This document shows positions 52,671 through 64,000 of a stretch of 64,000 nt of DNA, piece by piece. The DNA is taken from the NCBI RefSeq assembly GCF_009914755.1, contig NC_060937.1; one strand, written 5' to 3'. Each line of letters opens with the position of its first letter. The first letter of the stretch is position 1. Below the pieces are notes generated by a model. That model was not told where the DNA came from. It made no database searches and worked only from the letters and a program-made list of their open reading frames with translations. The DNA is from the human T2T-CHM13v2.0 reference genome, Homo sapiens. A program made the translations under genes and the position numbers.

Positions 52671-53020
52671 CCCAGTGAATTGGACCAGAAAGAAATATCT
52701 AGGGAGGCCTTTAAGGTAATTTGTGCTAATGATGTAGTTTGCAAATCTAGCTGAATTAAACATTCAATCTGCCCACTCCCATATGGAAATGTTTCTACTG
52801 ACATTGTTCCCTTGGCAAACACCCATCTTCTCTTAATCATTAGAATTTATTAACTACAGTACTAGGAAAGAGAGCCAAACGCATGTGGCCACAAAAATGC
52901 CTTCTCATTGTTATTCAACTTTAAATAATAATGTACAAAATTATATAATATAATCCAATAATAATCATTATTATTGTGGTTTTCAAACTTGGCCTTCCAA
53001 CTCCTCATTTTTATTTTCCC

Positions 53021-54882
53021 TGTCTTGAGTTCCAAAAAACCAAAGCTGAAGACAAAGTTCATATGAAATTGATTTATTAAAGGAATGCTTATGGGGGGAT
53101 ACTTTTTCACTGGTCTCTCCTATTTCTGTGTATGTTATAAATAGAGACACTGGCTGCATTTATTCTTAATTGTTTTTTCAACGTATTTATATAGCAGAGC
53201 CATGGAAGCTAGAGACACTGTCTTCATCCATAACAAAAGGTAGGTGTGTTTATTGTTTAGTATAGTAAAGATAACATTTTCTTCCAAGACAAAGGTTAGG
53301 CAAGTTTGCTTAGTTCTCAATATAAAAGATTGAGGTTCCCTAAACTCAAGTTTTCTCTTCTGTAATGCAACCTACCGTGTATCCAAGTGTCATCCGGCTC
53401 TCTTTGCATCACCCTGTGGATAATGCCACTTGCCATAAACTGTTCTTTGTCTCTGACACAAGAGTCTCCTTTCTTCTTCTAGCATCCATGAAACTGTGGC
53501 AGGTTAACTTATTAGCTTGCAAGTAAAAACCAATCTCAGACCTTTAAAGTCCTGACCGCTTTAGCAATAAGGATGGGGTTCTGCTAAAGACATGATTTCT
53601 GAAAGGGGAAGAATGAAGGCTTCTTGAACCAATTAAGAGAATGTGAAATACATTCAGGGGAATCTGTAGTGAATATCCTGACCAAGTTGTATGGTCAGCC
53701 AGGCAAAGAGTAGTCCTCAATTTAATACCTGGTAATGAAAATGAGGAAGGTGGTTGCAGGTCGAATCCTGGGAAGTAGGTTAAAAGACAGCTGCCAGGTG
53801 GCGCCTTTGTTGTTGCTAATTTTCCTCTGCGTGGTGAGACTTCCTTAGCAATTTAGCCGTCAGCCTCAAGTCCACCCCACTGTCACAACTAGTATAAAAA
53901 TGGGCAGCAGAAATTTCCAGCACTCTACAGAAAACAGTTATAAAGATGCACCCCTACACTAAAGTGTGAAAGGAGAAAAATTCACAACCACTAAGGGAAG
54001 AAATCAGTTGACTTGTTAGAACTTTGGCATACATACTGGGAAATTCTTCCAGAAACCAGGAGGTTGTAGAAATGAGAGAATTGCTGAGTGACAGTTCTCT
54101 ATGGGTCTCTCATGTTTCTCCATGTCCTGGGAGCAGAGGCATTGGTTACCAATGCTCTGGACTATCTTTTACGAAGTGTTTGTATAGTGAACAGCTTTGG
54201 AAGACAAAGAGAGTAAATCCTTTCACAACAAAGTGCTGGTTTGCTTACTTCCTGTTATAAAAGATTCAGAATCCTGAAGCTCAGAGTGTTTGTAATGGAA
54301 CTGCACGTGCAGTTGTCATCTGGCCCTGTTTGAAAATAAGGGCTTGGGGAACCTATGCCAAAATAATGATACTCTGGCTACTGCTATTGCTATGTGTACA
54401 AAATTGTTCTTTGTTTCTGACACAGGAGTCTCCTGTCTTCTTCCAGCATTGATAAAACTGTGGCAGGCTAACTTAGCTTGCAACTAGGGCAACCTACCCC
54501 TGTTCACAGTCCTTGACAGTGCTCTCAGGAGAAAACTGCAGGGGAGGGAGAGAAGCAGAATGGGGAAGGGGCAAGACAGTGAGTTCAGATGGAATCTATG
54601 CTTATCTCAATCTAATGGTGGACAAGTAGAGTTTAAATTGCACTTCAGAGTTCATCCTACTAGTGGTTTGAGTGGGTCTTTTTTATCCCCCGACCCCAGA
54701 CAGTCATTGGTTTTTGGCCACCCAGGAGTGATACTGGGGAGAGAACACCATCCAAGCACCGCCTAACAGGAAGGCTGCAACATCCAGGGGAAGTCCTCCA
54801 GAGACAGCTGACTTATGGATTAGCAGCAGCACCCACAACAGCCTGTGAATAGAATCCCTAGGCACCAATTGCATCAGGTACA
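53021..54882 (-). mobile_element. LTR16-like LTR split (53021-53089 + 54519-54882) by a mini-ERV
   Basis: tgtcttgagttcc...gatttattaaaggaatgct joins to ctcaggagaaaac...gaagcagaatgggga...cagtcattgg. Confidence 0.65.
53090..54518 (+). mobile_element. Two-LTR internally deleted class III ERV (LTR40-like LTRs, ~525-bp internal region)
   Basis: Direct-repeat LTRs 53090-53557 and 54082-54518 share aaactgtggcagg.taactt..agcttgcaa; PBS-like 53562-53579; purine run before the 3' LTR; TSD ATGCT/GTGCT. Confidence 0.8.
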
Positions 54883-56559
54883 CGGATATTAATTAAATGC
54901 TCCTAATGTGGACAGCAGTGTTTTAAGGTGAGTGTAGTTCAAGCCAAGGTTGCACAATGAAAGGAAGCAATTTTGGATTAGTATGATGGCTCTAGACAAG
55001 GTCAAATCAAGGGAGAAGCAATGACCTAGTGGCTCTAGAAGCTGGCCAGCAGCCTGCCAAAAGACAGTCATATTGGCAAAAAAAGAGAAAAGCTAGAGAA
55101 ACAAAGATTTGTTTTCCTGCCTATGTGTTATCCTTCTGTTCTCCCCCTTTAGAATACGGTCCTTACAAACCATGGAAGAGAAGATGTGGCCTCTCCTAAT
55201 TTGGAGAGAAGGGCAAGACATATCTTTTAAAAAGAAGATTTTAAAATTACATCAAATATGAATAAATTGCTGGGGTAAACTGTAGGGCCACTTCTGTAGT
55301 ACTGATTTGTTGTGTTAGAAGTTTTAAAATAAAAAAGAAGACATAAAATAAAAGATGTTTTTTTAAATAGGCATTCAGAGCGAGTTTTTAAAGCTTCAGA
55401 GCTATTCCGGGATAGCACCCCACCAAAGTGATAAGTCATGCTTCTGGAACAAAATAGCATCTTTGGATTGTGGCAGCCCCACGTACCCAATGTTATGTAC
55501 TTTTGTCCAAATAACTTTTGTAGAGCAAGAAACTCTCCTTAAATCACACTAGTTTCTAGTAACTGTACTTCAGCAGTTACATGAGATAAAAAAATTAAAA
55601 TGTCAATAGCAAATGTCTCTGCTAAGGGTGCCTTCACAGTTGATCAGCTTGATAGTGCTGTAAAAGGCAGCCTGTGCTTTGGGCCTATTTTGGGTCAGCC
55701 ATATGATCATTTGTCCACATTGGTCCAGTAAATACAACCTAGAAAAGACTACTTTCTGTGGTAGAAATGAACAAAGAGTGTGAGCAGTTAGCGCAACATC
55801 CAGAAAACTCCTTTTGTCTTGTAAATCGTAAGTTAGATTGGATAGATGTAATTGAGAAAGTTCAGACTTAATAGGACCAATCCGAGTCATAGAACTTTAG
55901 GGGACATTCTGAGCAATGACAAACCTGATGGGCATTTATTGAGTTAACTCTCTACAATCTGGTTTGGGCATTTTTTTTTTATCAGTCTGTACTACCTCTT
56001 TTCTTCATTTTTGCGGGGAACATAAGGAAAGATCGTGATAGCTTAAATAAAGTTTCTGGTAAATTTTTGAGTGAATAAAGCTACATTTTCAGAAATGTAA
56101 ATATATGATGACAACTATACAACAAATAGAGAACCCAGAATTAAACTGGATTATGCAAAATAGCCTGGCAGATGCCACATTCTTTGAAAGGATCAAAAAT
56201 ATTTGCCTCTCTTCTATTTGGCTCAAGAGTATGTTTTATTTGGGTGTTTCACTGACTCTGCAATATTTTAAGTAGTTATTAAATACGTTTGCCATAAAAG
56301 CTTAGCGGTCTTGTCCTGTAACAGGCCCTCTTAACTCATTTGTGTTAGTTCTTGGACTCTGAGAACTATTTGGGTTTATAACCTTTGATCTGTTTTTTTC
56401 AATATCAGAATCAAATGAATAGATAGATCCTAATAAATGATTTCATATGAGTAAGGTCTGAATATGCTGAATGCTCTATGACGAAGATATTGTGACAATT
56501 GACTTCAGGAATAAAAACATGATTTCATAATAAAAATAATTATTATGGAAAAGTAACTC

Positions 56560-59500
56560 TCAATAATACATACATTCTTCAGAAAGTATTATAGCATTTT
56601 CTTACTTTAAAATATTACATATAGATGGAAAGATAGATATAGCATGTATTTTAAATTAACAAATACACGTAAGGTAAAAGTTCATGAAAAACCATGGAGG
56701 TCATGAGAAAGAACTTGGGCACTATCCCCATAAACCTAAGTCCCTATAGCCTTGCAAATTATACTCACTACCTGCCCCACTCCGTAAAATGTAACCACTC
56801 TTCTAAATTTTGTGACAATAACATCTCTTTTTTTATAGTTTTACCATGTGCAAATGACATTGATAAAGTAAGATTTTAGTTTTGCATGTTTCCGAACTCG
56901 TGAGATCATACTGCATATGTGACTTTGTGTCTTGTCTTTTTAACTTAGCATCATATGTGTAAAATTCATCCATGTTGATGTTTGCAGCAATAGTTTACTT
57001 GTGTACATTTTATATAAATTTTATAGATGTATCATAATTTATATATCATGTTGACATATATGGTTTTCAGTTTTGAAATAACGCTACAGGTATTTTAGTG
57101 CATATTTGCATGATATTCTTCAGGTATGTACTTAGAGTGGATTTCCTAGATCATAGCATGATTTTTCAGTCTTATTAGTTAATGCCAATCTGTTTCCAAT
57201 TGGTACATGCTGGTATCAATTAACATTCCCACCAGCAGACAATGAGAATTATTGTTTACATTCTCACCAATAATGGGTTAGTCAATTTTATTTTTAATTT
57301 TTGAAAATCAGTTGAGTGTTAATTGCATAATATCTTTAAGTTTTGTAATAGAAAAATGTTTATAAGCATACATTAATATATACAGAAACATATAAATCAT
57401 AGCTGAACAGTTCATGAATTATGAAAAATAGACCCAACTGTGTAGCTACCACACGGGGCAAGAAATTGAAAATTATCAGCACCTCAGAAGTCCTTTTCCT
57501 GTCCCTTTTCCCAAACACCACCCTCCCTTTCCTTCTCCCCAAAGGTAATTACTATCTGGATTTCTGACACTATCGATTTGCCTAATTTTGAATTTTATAT
57601 AAATGAAGTCATGGGTGTGTGTGTGTGTGTGTGTGTACATATACGCATATATATAGTCTCTGGTTTTAGTCACCCAACAATATGTTTATGAGAGTCTTCC
57701 ATGTTGTTGCATATAGCATTAATTTACTCTATTCTACTCCACAGTATTCTATTATTTGAATAAACCACTATGTATCGCTTTGTCTTTTGATAAGTGTTTG
57801 GCTTGTTTTTCATTTTTTGGCTTTTATAAAACACACTTCTACAAACATTTCTGTACATGTCTTTGGGTACATATCTGCATGTGTTTCTGTTGAGCATATA
57901 CAGACATGGGGTAGAAATGCTGGGCCATAGAACGTGCATATGTTTACGCTCAGTGGCTAATTCCATAGAAGTTACCAATTTACACTCTCATCAGCAGAGC
58001 AAAGGCTGCCTGTGGCTCCACACCACGTCCTACACTAAGTCTTAGTTACTATATAGCCCTTTTGGTGGATATATTGTGATATCTCATTATATCGTTAATT
58101 TTAAGTTCCCTGATTACTAATGAGGTTGCACATCCCTTCACACATTTATTAGCCGTTCAAATATTCCTTTTGTGAAATATCTGTACAATTTTCATGCCCA
58201 TTTTGCTACTGGGTTGTCTGTCTGTTACAGATCTGTAAAAGGTTTTATGTATTTTGGATATGAGCCCCTTTCATATATGGCTGGATTCATTTTGTTAATA
58301 TTTTATGTAGAATTTTTGCATCTATGTTAATAAACAAAGCTAACCTATAAGTTTCCAATTTTTATTGTTCATTCCAAGTTTTAGAATCAAAATTATGCTA
58401 GCCTCATAAAACAAGTTGGAATATATTCTTTTTCTTATTTCTGCAGAACATTGTATAAAACTGGTGAAATTTCTTCTTTAAATGTTTGAAATGATTCACA
58501 CATGAAGCCAAATGTGACTAGAGTTTTCTTTGTGGGAAATTCTAAATGATGGATTCAACTTCTTTAATAGGTACAGATTTATGCAGATTTCAGATATTCT
58601 ATTAATTCTTGTGTTTATTTTGAGAAGGTATGTTTTCTAGGAGTTTACATTTTATCTAAATTTTCAAACTTTTGGGAATGCATTTGTTCACAAGATGTTA
58701 TAATTTTTGAGTTTATAAAAGATATTTTTTCATTACTGATACTAGTTATTTGTACTTTTTTCCATTTTTCTTGAAAAATTCCACTAGGAGTTTATCACTT
58801 GTATTATGTATGTCAAATGACAAACTTTGCTGATCCTCTGAATTCTACTTCTATTTTTCTTTCCTTCTACTTTCTTTAGACTTAACTATTGTTCTTTTAC
58901 AAACTTCTTCATTTATATGCTTAGGTCATCAATTTTTAGACTTCCTTTTTTTCTAACATATGCATTTAAGGTAATAAATTTCCTTCTAAGCACAACGATC
59001 ATTATATTCCAGACGAGTTAAGTATTTTTCATTACAATTCAGTTAAAATATTTTCTAATTTCCATTCTTTCTTGACCCATGGGTTATTTAGAAGTATAAT
59101 CCTGATTTCCAAACATATGGAAATATTCCAATTAGCTTTATGCTATTGGTTGTTATCTTAATTGCACTGTGATTAGAGAAAATGGAACGCACTCTGTATT
59201 AAATTCTCTTAAATTTGGTAGGATTAACTTTATGGACTGCCATATCTTTTGTAAATGCTACACATGTGTCTGAAAATAATGTTTATTTAAAAATCATGAG
59301 TGCACTCTTTTAGAGGTTTCCATTTGGTCGAGTTTGTCAACTGAAATGTTCGTATCTTCTGTATTCTTACCATAATTTTGTCAAAAACTCCCTGTTTATT
59401 AGTTACTGAGGCAGTTGTATTAAATTGTCTCACTGTGTGATATGGTTTAAATGTTTGTCCCCTCCAAATCTCATGGTGAAATGCCATTCCCAAAGTTGGA

Positions 59501-60260
59501 GGTGGGGCCAATGGCGGGAGATTGGATGGGGGCCAATCCTTCATGAATGACTTAGCACCTCCCCTTGGTGATGAGTTTGTTCACATGAGGGCTGATTGTT
59601 TTAAAGAGGCTGGCCTTCTCTTCTCACTCTTTTACCCCCACTCTTGCCATGTGACATGCTGCCCCCTTCACTCTACCCTCGTCACTTTCCACCATGATTG
59701 TAAGCCTCCTGGAGCCCTCACCAGAAGCCAAGCAGGTGTTGGCACATGCTTCTTGTACAGCCTGCAAAACTGTGAGCCAATTAAACCTCTTTCTTCATAA
59801 ATTACCCAGTCTCAGGTATTTCTTTATAGCAATGAAAAAACAGTCTAATACACATTAATATTTGATTTTATCTACTTATTCCTTTAATGTGTGCAATTTT
59901 GCTTTACATATTTTGAGGTTATATATTATATGGATACATATTTAGGATTGTTATATCTTCCTGGTGAGTTGATCACAAAACATCTTTCTTTTTCTTTAAG
60001 AATGACTTCTCCACAAAGACTATTTGTTTGTTATTAATACACTAGCTTTTTTTCCATTACTATTTGCATGGTTTATTGTTTGTATACTTTTACCATCAGT
60101 CTTTCTGTAACCTTATGTTTTCGATGTCAGATTGTAAGCAGGAAATAACTGGATTTTTTTAAATTTGCATGGCCATCTTTGTTTTTTATAGGAGTCTCTA
60201 GTCAATGTAAATTTAATGTAATTACCAATCTATTTGGGTTTAAAGGTAGATTTCTACTCT
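56560..60260 (-). mobile_element. Nested old L1 fragments (L1ME/L1MB/L1MC-like 3' ends and ORF2)
   Basis: attcatccatgttg, ttcccaccagcag, ttccctgattactaatgaggttg, tttttgcatctatgtt and ttcttgacccatgggttatttagaagt. Confidence 0.8.
59438..59852 (+). mobile_element. MSTB-like MaLR LTR inserted in L1
   Basis: tgatatggtttaaatgtttgtcccctccaaatctcatg...aaattacccagtctcaggtatttctttatagcaatg...ctaataca. Confidence 0.9.
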
Positions 60261-60329
60261 TATTGAGTTTACTATCCTTACAACCCCCTGTACATTTGCA
60301 GTTGAGAATGCTCTCCAAACCTAATTTTG

Positions 60330-61210
60330 ATTTGATATGAAGGATATATGAGAATAGTCCTCAGAAAAAAATGAAGAGAAGGAATTGAAGCCTAAGATGA
60401 GCAAAAAATCATGTGATCTGGGCAATTTATGTCTCAGAATACTGAGATCACTTTCTAAAAGATGCATGAAACATTGTCAATGATCTTTCAAGAACTATGG
60501 AGAAAGAAGTGCTAAAAGCATAGGACAATATATAGTTTTGATTTTTCATTAAAAAAAAGAAAGATTATTTTCCTCTGGACAGAAATCTTGGAGAAACTTC
60601 TAAAATCAATGTCTTAGAATGGTTTGTGAGGCAATCTTCAGAAGAAGAAATGGTGATAATCAAGCCAGAAGATGTTCATTCAAAACATCATGTGAAATTA
60701 TTTACATTTTCTTTTTGTGAAAGGATAACTAAGCCCACCAAACAGACAGTGATAGATACAATGATTCTGGAATTTAAGCCATCTGACATAATATCCATTG
60801 GACAGGCTGGAGAAATTTGGGCATTATGACATTACAATTTGGCTAATTAAAACTGATTAATCAGTGGTTGCTAAATGTGCTGATCAATTTCCTTGGATCC
60901 AACCGATTCACCCTTTCAAGCAATCACTTGAATAAATACATAGAAGAGTGCTTATAAGATAGGTGGGTGACATGAAGCTATGAGAGGTGCAATATGTTTT
61001 GAATGACAGAACAAGTTTCAAAAGGATCTCTCAAGCCATACTTCATTTATGACAGGTAAAGTCAAGAACTTGAATCCAAATATAAAACTGAGGAGATCGG
61101 GCTTAACAGCAGCATGTGCGAAAAGAGTTCTTAAACCCTTTAGGTCCAAGTTGAGAGTAAGTTCAATATGGGGCAGCAGTGCAGTGGAGCTTCCAGAAAG
61201 TATTACATAT
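60330..61210 (+). mobile_element. CR1/L3 LINE RT-region fragment
   Basis: atgacagaacaagtttcaaaaggatct, ggcttaacagcagcatgtgcgaaaagag and aagttcaatatggggcagcagtg. Confidence 0.6.
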
Positions 61211-61829
61211 CAAACAAAGAAACAGTGGCAGTGGTCAGATATACTTGTAATGTCAGGTTTATTTCACCCCCTCAGTAATCCCATGACACTCACTGAAATG
61301 TGGTATGTCATCAGAATTTTAGAAGCCAGAGTCTTCACAAAGCAATGGAAAACTCCAAAGGCAAAGAAATTCCAAAGCAAAGGAATGTAATTTGGCAGTG
61401 TGCTTGATGAATGATCATGGCCTGTGTATCTAGAATACTATCACCAAAGACAAGCTGTTGATATGCTAGAGCAAGATAGGGTTTTACAAAGACTTTCCCA
61501 TTCCCCTTAGTGAAATTCACAGAAAGTTGCTCATCTGACCGAAAGCAGGGGAAAGAGGAGGAACTGTAAGTCCCTCATGGATAGTGCACTTGGGTTCTTT
61601 CTTTATCAAGACTTCCTTTTCCACTAAGCACTTATGTAAATAGTTCAAGGACATAGTTATACATGTAATCCTCTGCAGAGTTTTTTTGTTGTTTTCTCCC
61701 TGTCAGAGCAGTTTTTCTAAAAATGAAATTCATAGATCATTTGTCCCTCAAGAGCCAGGAAAAAAAGTGATCTGTGGTCAAATAAGTGGGTACATTTAGT
61801 TAACAGTGGTTTTCTATTCTGCTTTTAAA

Positions 61830-63960
61830 TTGAAGATTTATTTGTTATCGAGTAACAAAAGAACATAATTTTTAAAATTAGGTACTACTACAGGCTTACA
61901 TTTAAAAGGCTCTTCATCCCATTCTTCCCCACACCCAATCCCCTTTGTAGGAGATTTGTCATCTACTATTTTTTAACCTCTCTGGAAGCTTTTAGGAATT
62001 TCTTTTTGTTCCTTGAATTCTGAAACTTCACATTGTTGTGCTGTAGTTTTGTTCTTTGTTTTTCCAACTAATACATCAGACACTTTAAACTCTTTTTCTG
62101 TTTCTTCTGCTACTTACCATATGCAATCTATATGACACACTTATCTCCTATTTCTTGATCCTTTAGTTTTAGATATCACCTATTGCTGTCTGTGAAACAG
62201 GATATTGCTGTACTTTGGATGTTTGTCCCACAAACTTCATGTTGAAATTTAATCCCCAGTGTTGGAGGTGGGGTCTGTTTGAAGGTGTTTGGGTCATGGG
62301 AATGGATCCCTCATGAATGGCTTGGTACTGTCTTCTTGATAATGAGTAAGTTGTCGCTCTTCTAGTTCCTGCAAGAGATGATTGTTAAAAAGAGCGTGGG
62401 ACCTCCCCACTTTCTATCTTACTTCCTCTCTCTTCGTGTGATCTCTGCATACACAGCCCCACTTCTCTTTCCACCACCAGTAGAAGTTTCCTGAGACCTC
62501 ACCAGAAGCCAAGCAGATGCTGGTTCCATGCTGCTTGTACAGCCTGGAGAACCATGAGCCAAATAAACCTCTTGTCTTAATAAATTACCCACCCTTGAGT
62601 ATTCCTTTATAGCAACACGAATGAACTAAGACATTATATCCACTTTAGGTGTGTCCCACTCTTCATTTCACTCAGTATACTTATATTGTGATTTGGGTTT
62701 AAATAAATATAAGCAGTTTATCTTACTGTGGCTACACAACTATTATTCACAGTTGAGCCACAAGTACTACCTTTCCTTTATTTAAAATTTCTTATATCAA
62801 CTGGAATTATAAATGACATTTTATGTTTGCTTAGTTTTCTATGTCAGTTAATAATTTACTACTGAACTCTCTAACATAACTGAAACTCTCCTTTGAATTA
62901 GTTCAAACATTAAATATTCTAACTGTGTAGCTTTCTTCTTGAAGGCATACCCCTTGGAGCCCTCTGTCCTCTTGTGACAAGCAGTTCTGCTGCTCTCTGG
63001 AACAGCTGTAGCCGTGGGACATTCTTGTCATCAACACAATCCTCTTTGCTTCTCTGCTTCCTGGAGCTTAGAACTCTCTCTCTTTCTTGTTTTATTCTGT
63101 TTATTTTGCTGGAGCAGATGTTTCAAGGACCTCCTGAACAAGCCTAGGTGAAAATATGTTGAGACCTTAAACGTCTACTAATGTCTTCATTCTAACCTTG
63201 CATCTGATTAATAGCTTTTCTGGCTATAAAACTCTAAGTGGAAAAATATTTTACCCCAGAATTTTGAAGGCATTGCTTTGCTGCTCTCTAGCTCCTATCA
63301 GTACTATGGGGTTGTCATCCTGATTCCTGATGTATATTCTCATTTCATGAGCATAGTTTCATTGGTGGGCAGAGGACTTGTCCACTGGGCTGTACTCTCA
63401 AGTGATGTGGTGGCCATTTCCTTGGAGTATCCCAAACTCTGTCTCTAGGTATTTCTCATGGTCTCGTCAGCATCCCCAGAAATGAATACCCCCATCTCCT
63501 GCTTGGGGAGTATAGGCCTGCTGTCAGTATCCTGGCAGCTAAATGTGAAAGAGGGTATGGAGGTGGACCTCAGTCATCAGTGTCAACTTTCACTGAAACC
63601 TTTCCTTTTTGTTTTACCTTCTCCTTCTCATAAAGCTTTCAATACCAGATCCCTCTGGCTCCATTTTCCCAGAGACTAAAACACCCATCTTCTGACACAG
63701 TGGCGGAAAGACAGTCATTCTGCTGCATGGGGTAAAGGAGGAGGACACACTGGCTCTAACTGCTACTTATTTTAAGCTTTCAAACCCACTTACTACTTGC
63801 AGATTTAACCATACCCCTGGCTTCAGAGGTATCTTGTGCCTTCAGTTTTGAATCTTTGGGAGACTGAGGGTTCAAGTTGATGTGTTTCAGACTTCTCCCC
63901 ACTGTTTGCTTAGATTTCTTTCTTTGGTCTAGAAATTTTAGATATACATTCTTCTGTTTT
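61830..63960 (-). mobile_element. Very old L1M/HAL1-like fragments flanking MSTB
   Basis: ttctttttgttccttgaattctgaaacttcac; aatgtcttcattctaaccttg...ggctataaaactctaagtggaaa...gaattttgaaggcattgct. Confidence 0.55.
62206..62633 (+). mobile_element. MSTB1/2-like MaLR LTR
   Basis: tttggatgtttgtccc...gttggaggtgggg...gagccaaataaacctctt...aactaagaca. Confidence 0.88.
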
Positions 63961-64000
63961 GCAGCTTCCAATAAAAATTGTTTTCTTGAGGCAGGGCCTT

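Noticed and set aside
52310-52840. ORFs of 122-176 aa (F/S/L/P-rich or E/R/K/G-rich)
   Set aside because: These are translations of the polypurine low-complexity tract.

Overview
This 64 kb window is AT-rich primate (human-like) intergenic or intronic DNA made mostly of interspersed repeats: L1, L2, CR1/L3, Alu, MIR, ERVL/MaLR LTRs and Tigger/hAT DNA transposons. I find no credible host protein-coding exon, RNA gene or CRISPR array. The only recognisable protein fragments are decayed L1 ORF1/ORF2 and a Tigger2 transposase N-terminus. Subfamily names come from recalled consensus sequences, not a database search, so treat them as approximate. I cannot claim a new biological system. The best leads are: (1) a ~365-bp non-repeat module present twice (31176-31543 and 34020-34389), almost gap-free, with an identical compressed Sox/TCF-octamer motif; (2) a complete 1.4-kb two-LTR mini-ERV with a tRNA-Ser-like PBS, PPT and TSD; (3) an L1 whose 5'UTR appears to have been spliced before retrotransposition; (4) two 5'-inverted (twin-primed) L1s; (5) a possible MLT2/MLT1 chimeric LTR; and (6) several multi-level nested insertions.
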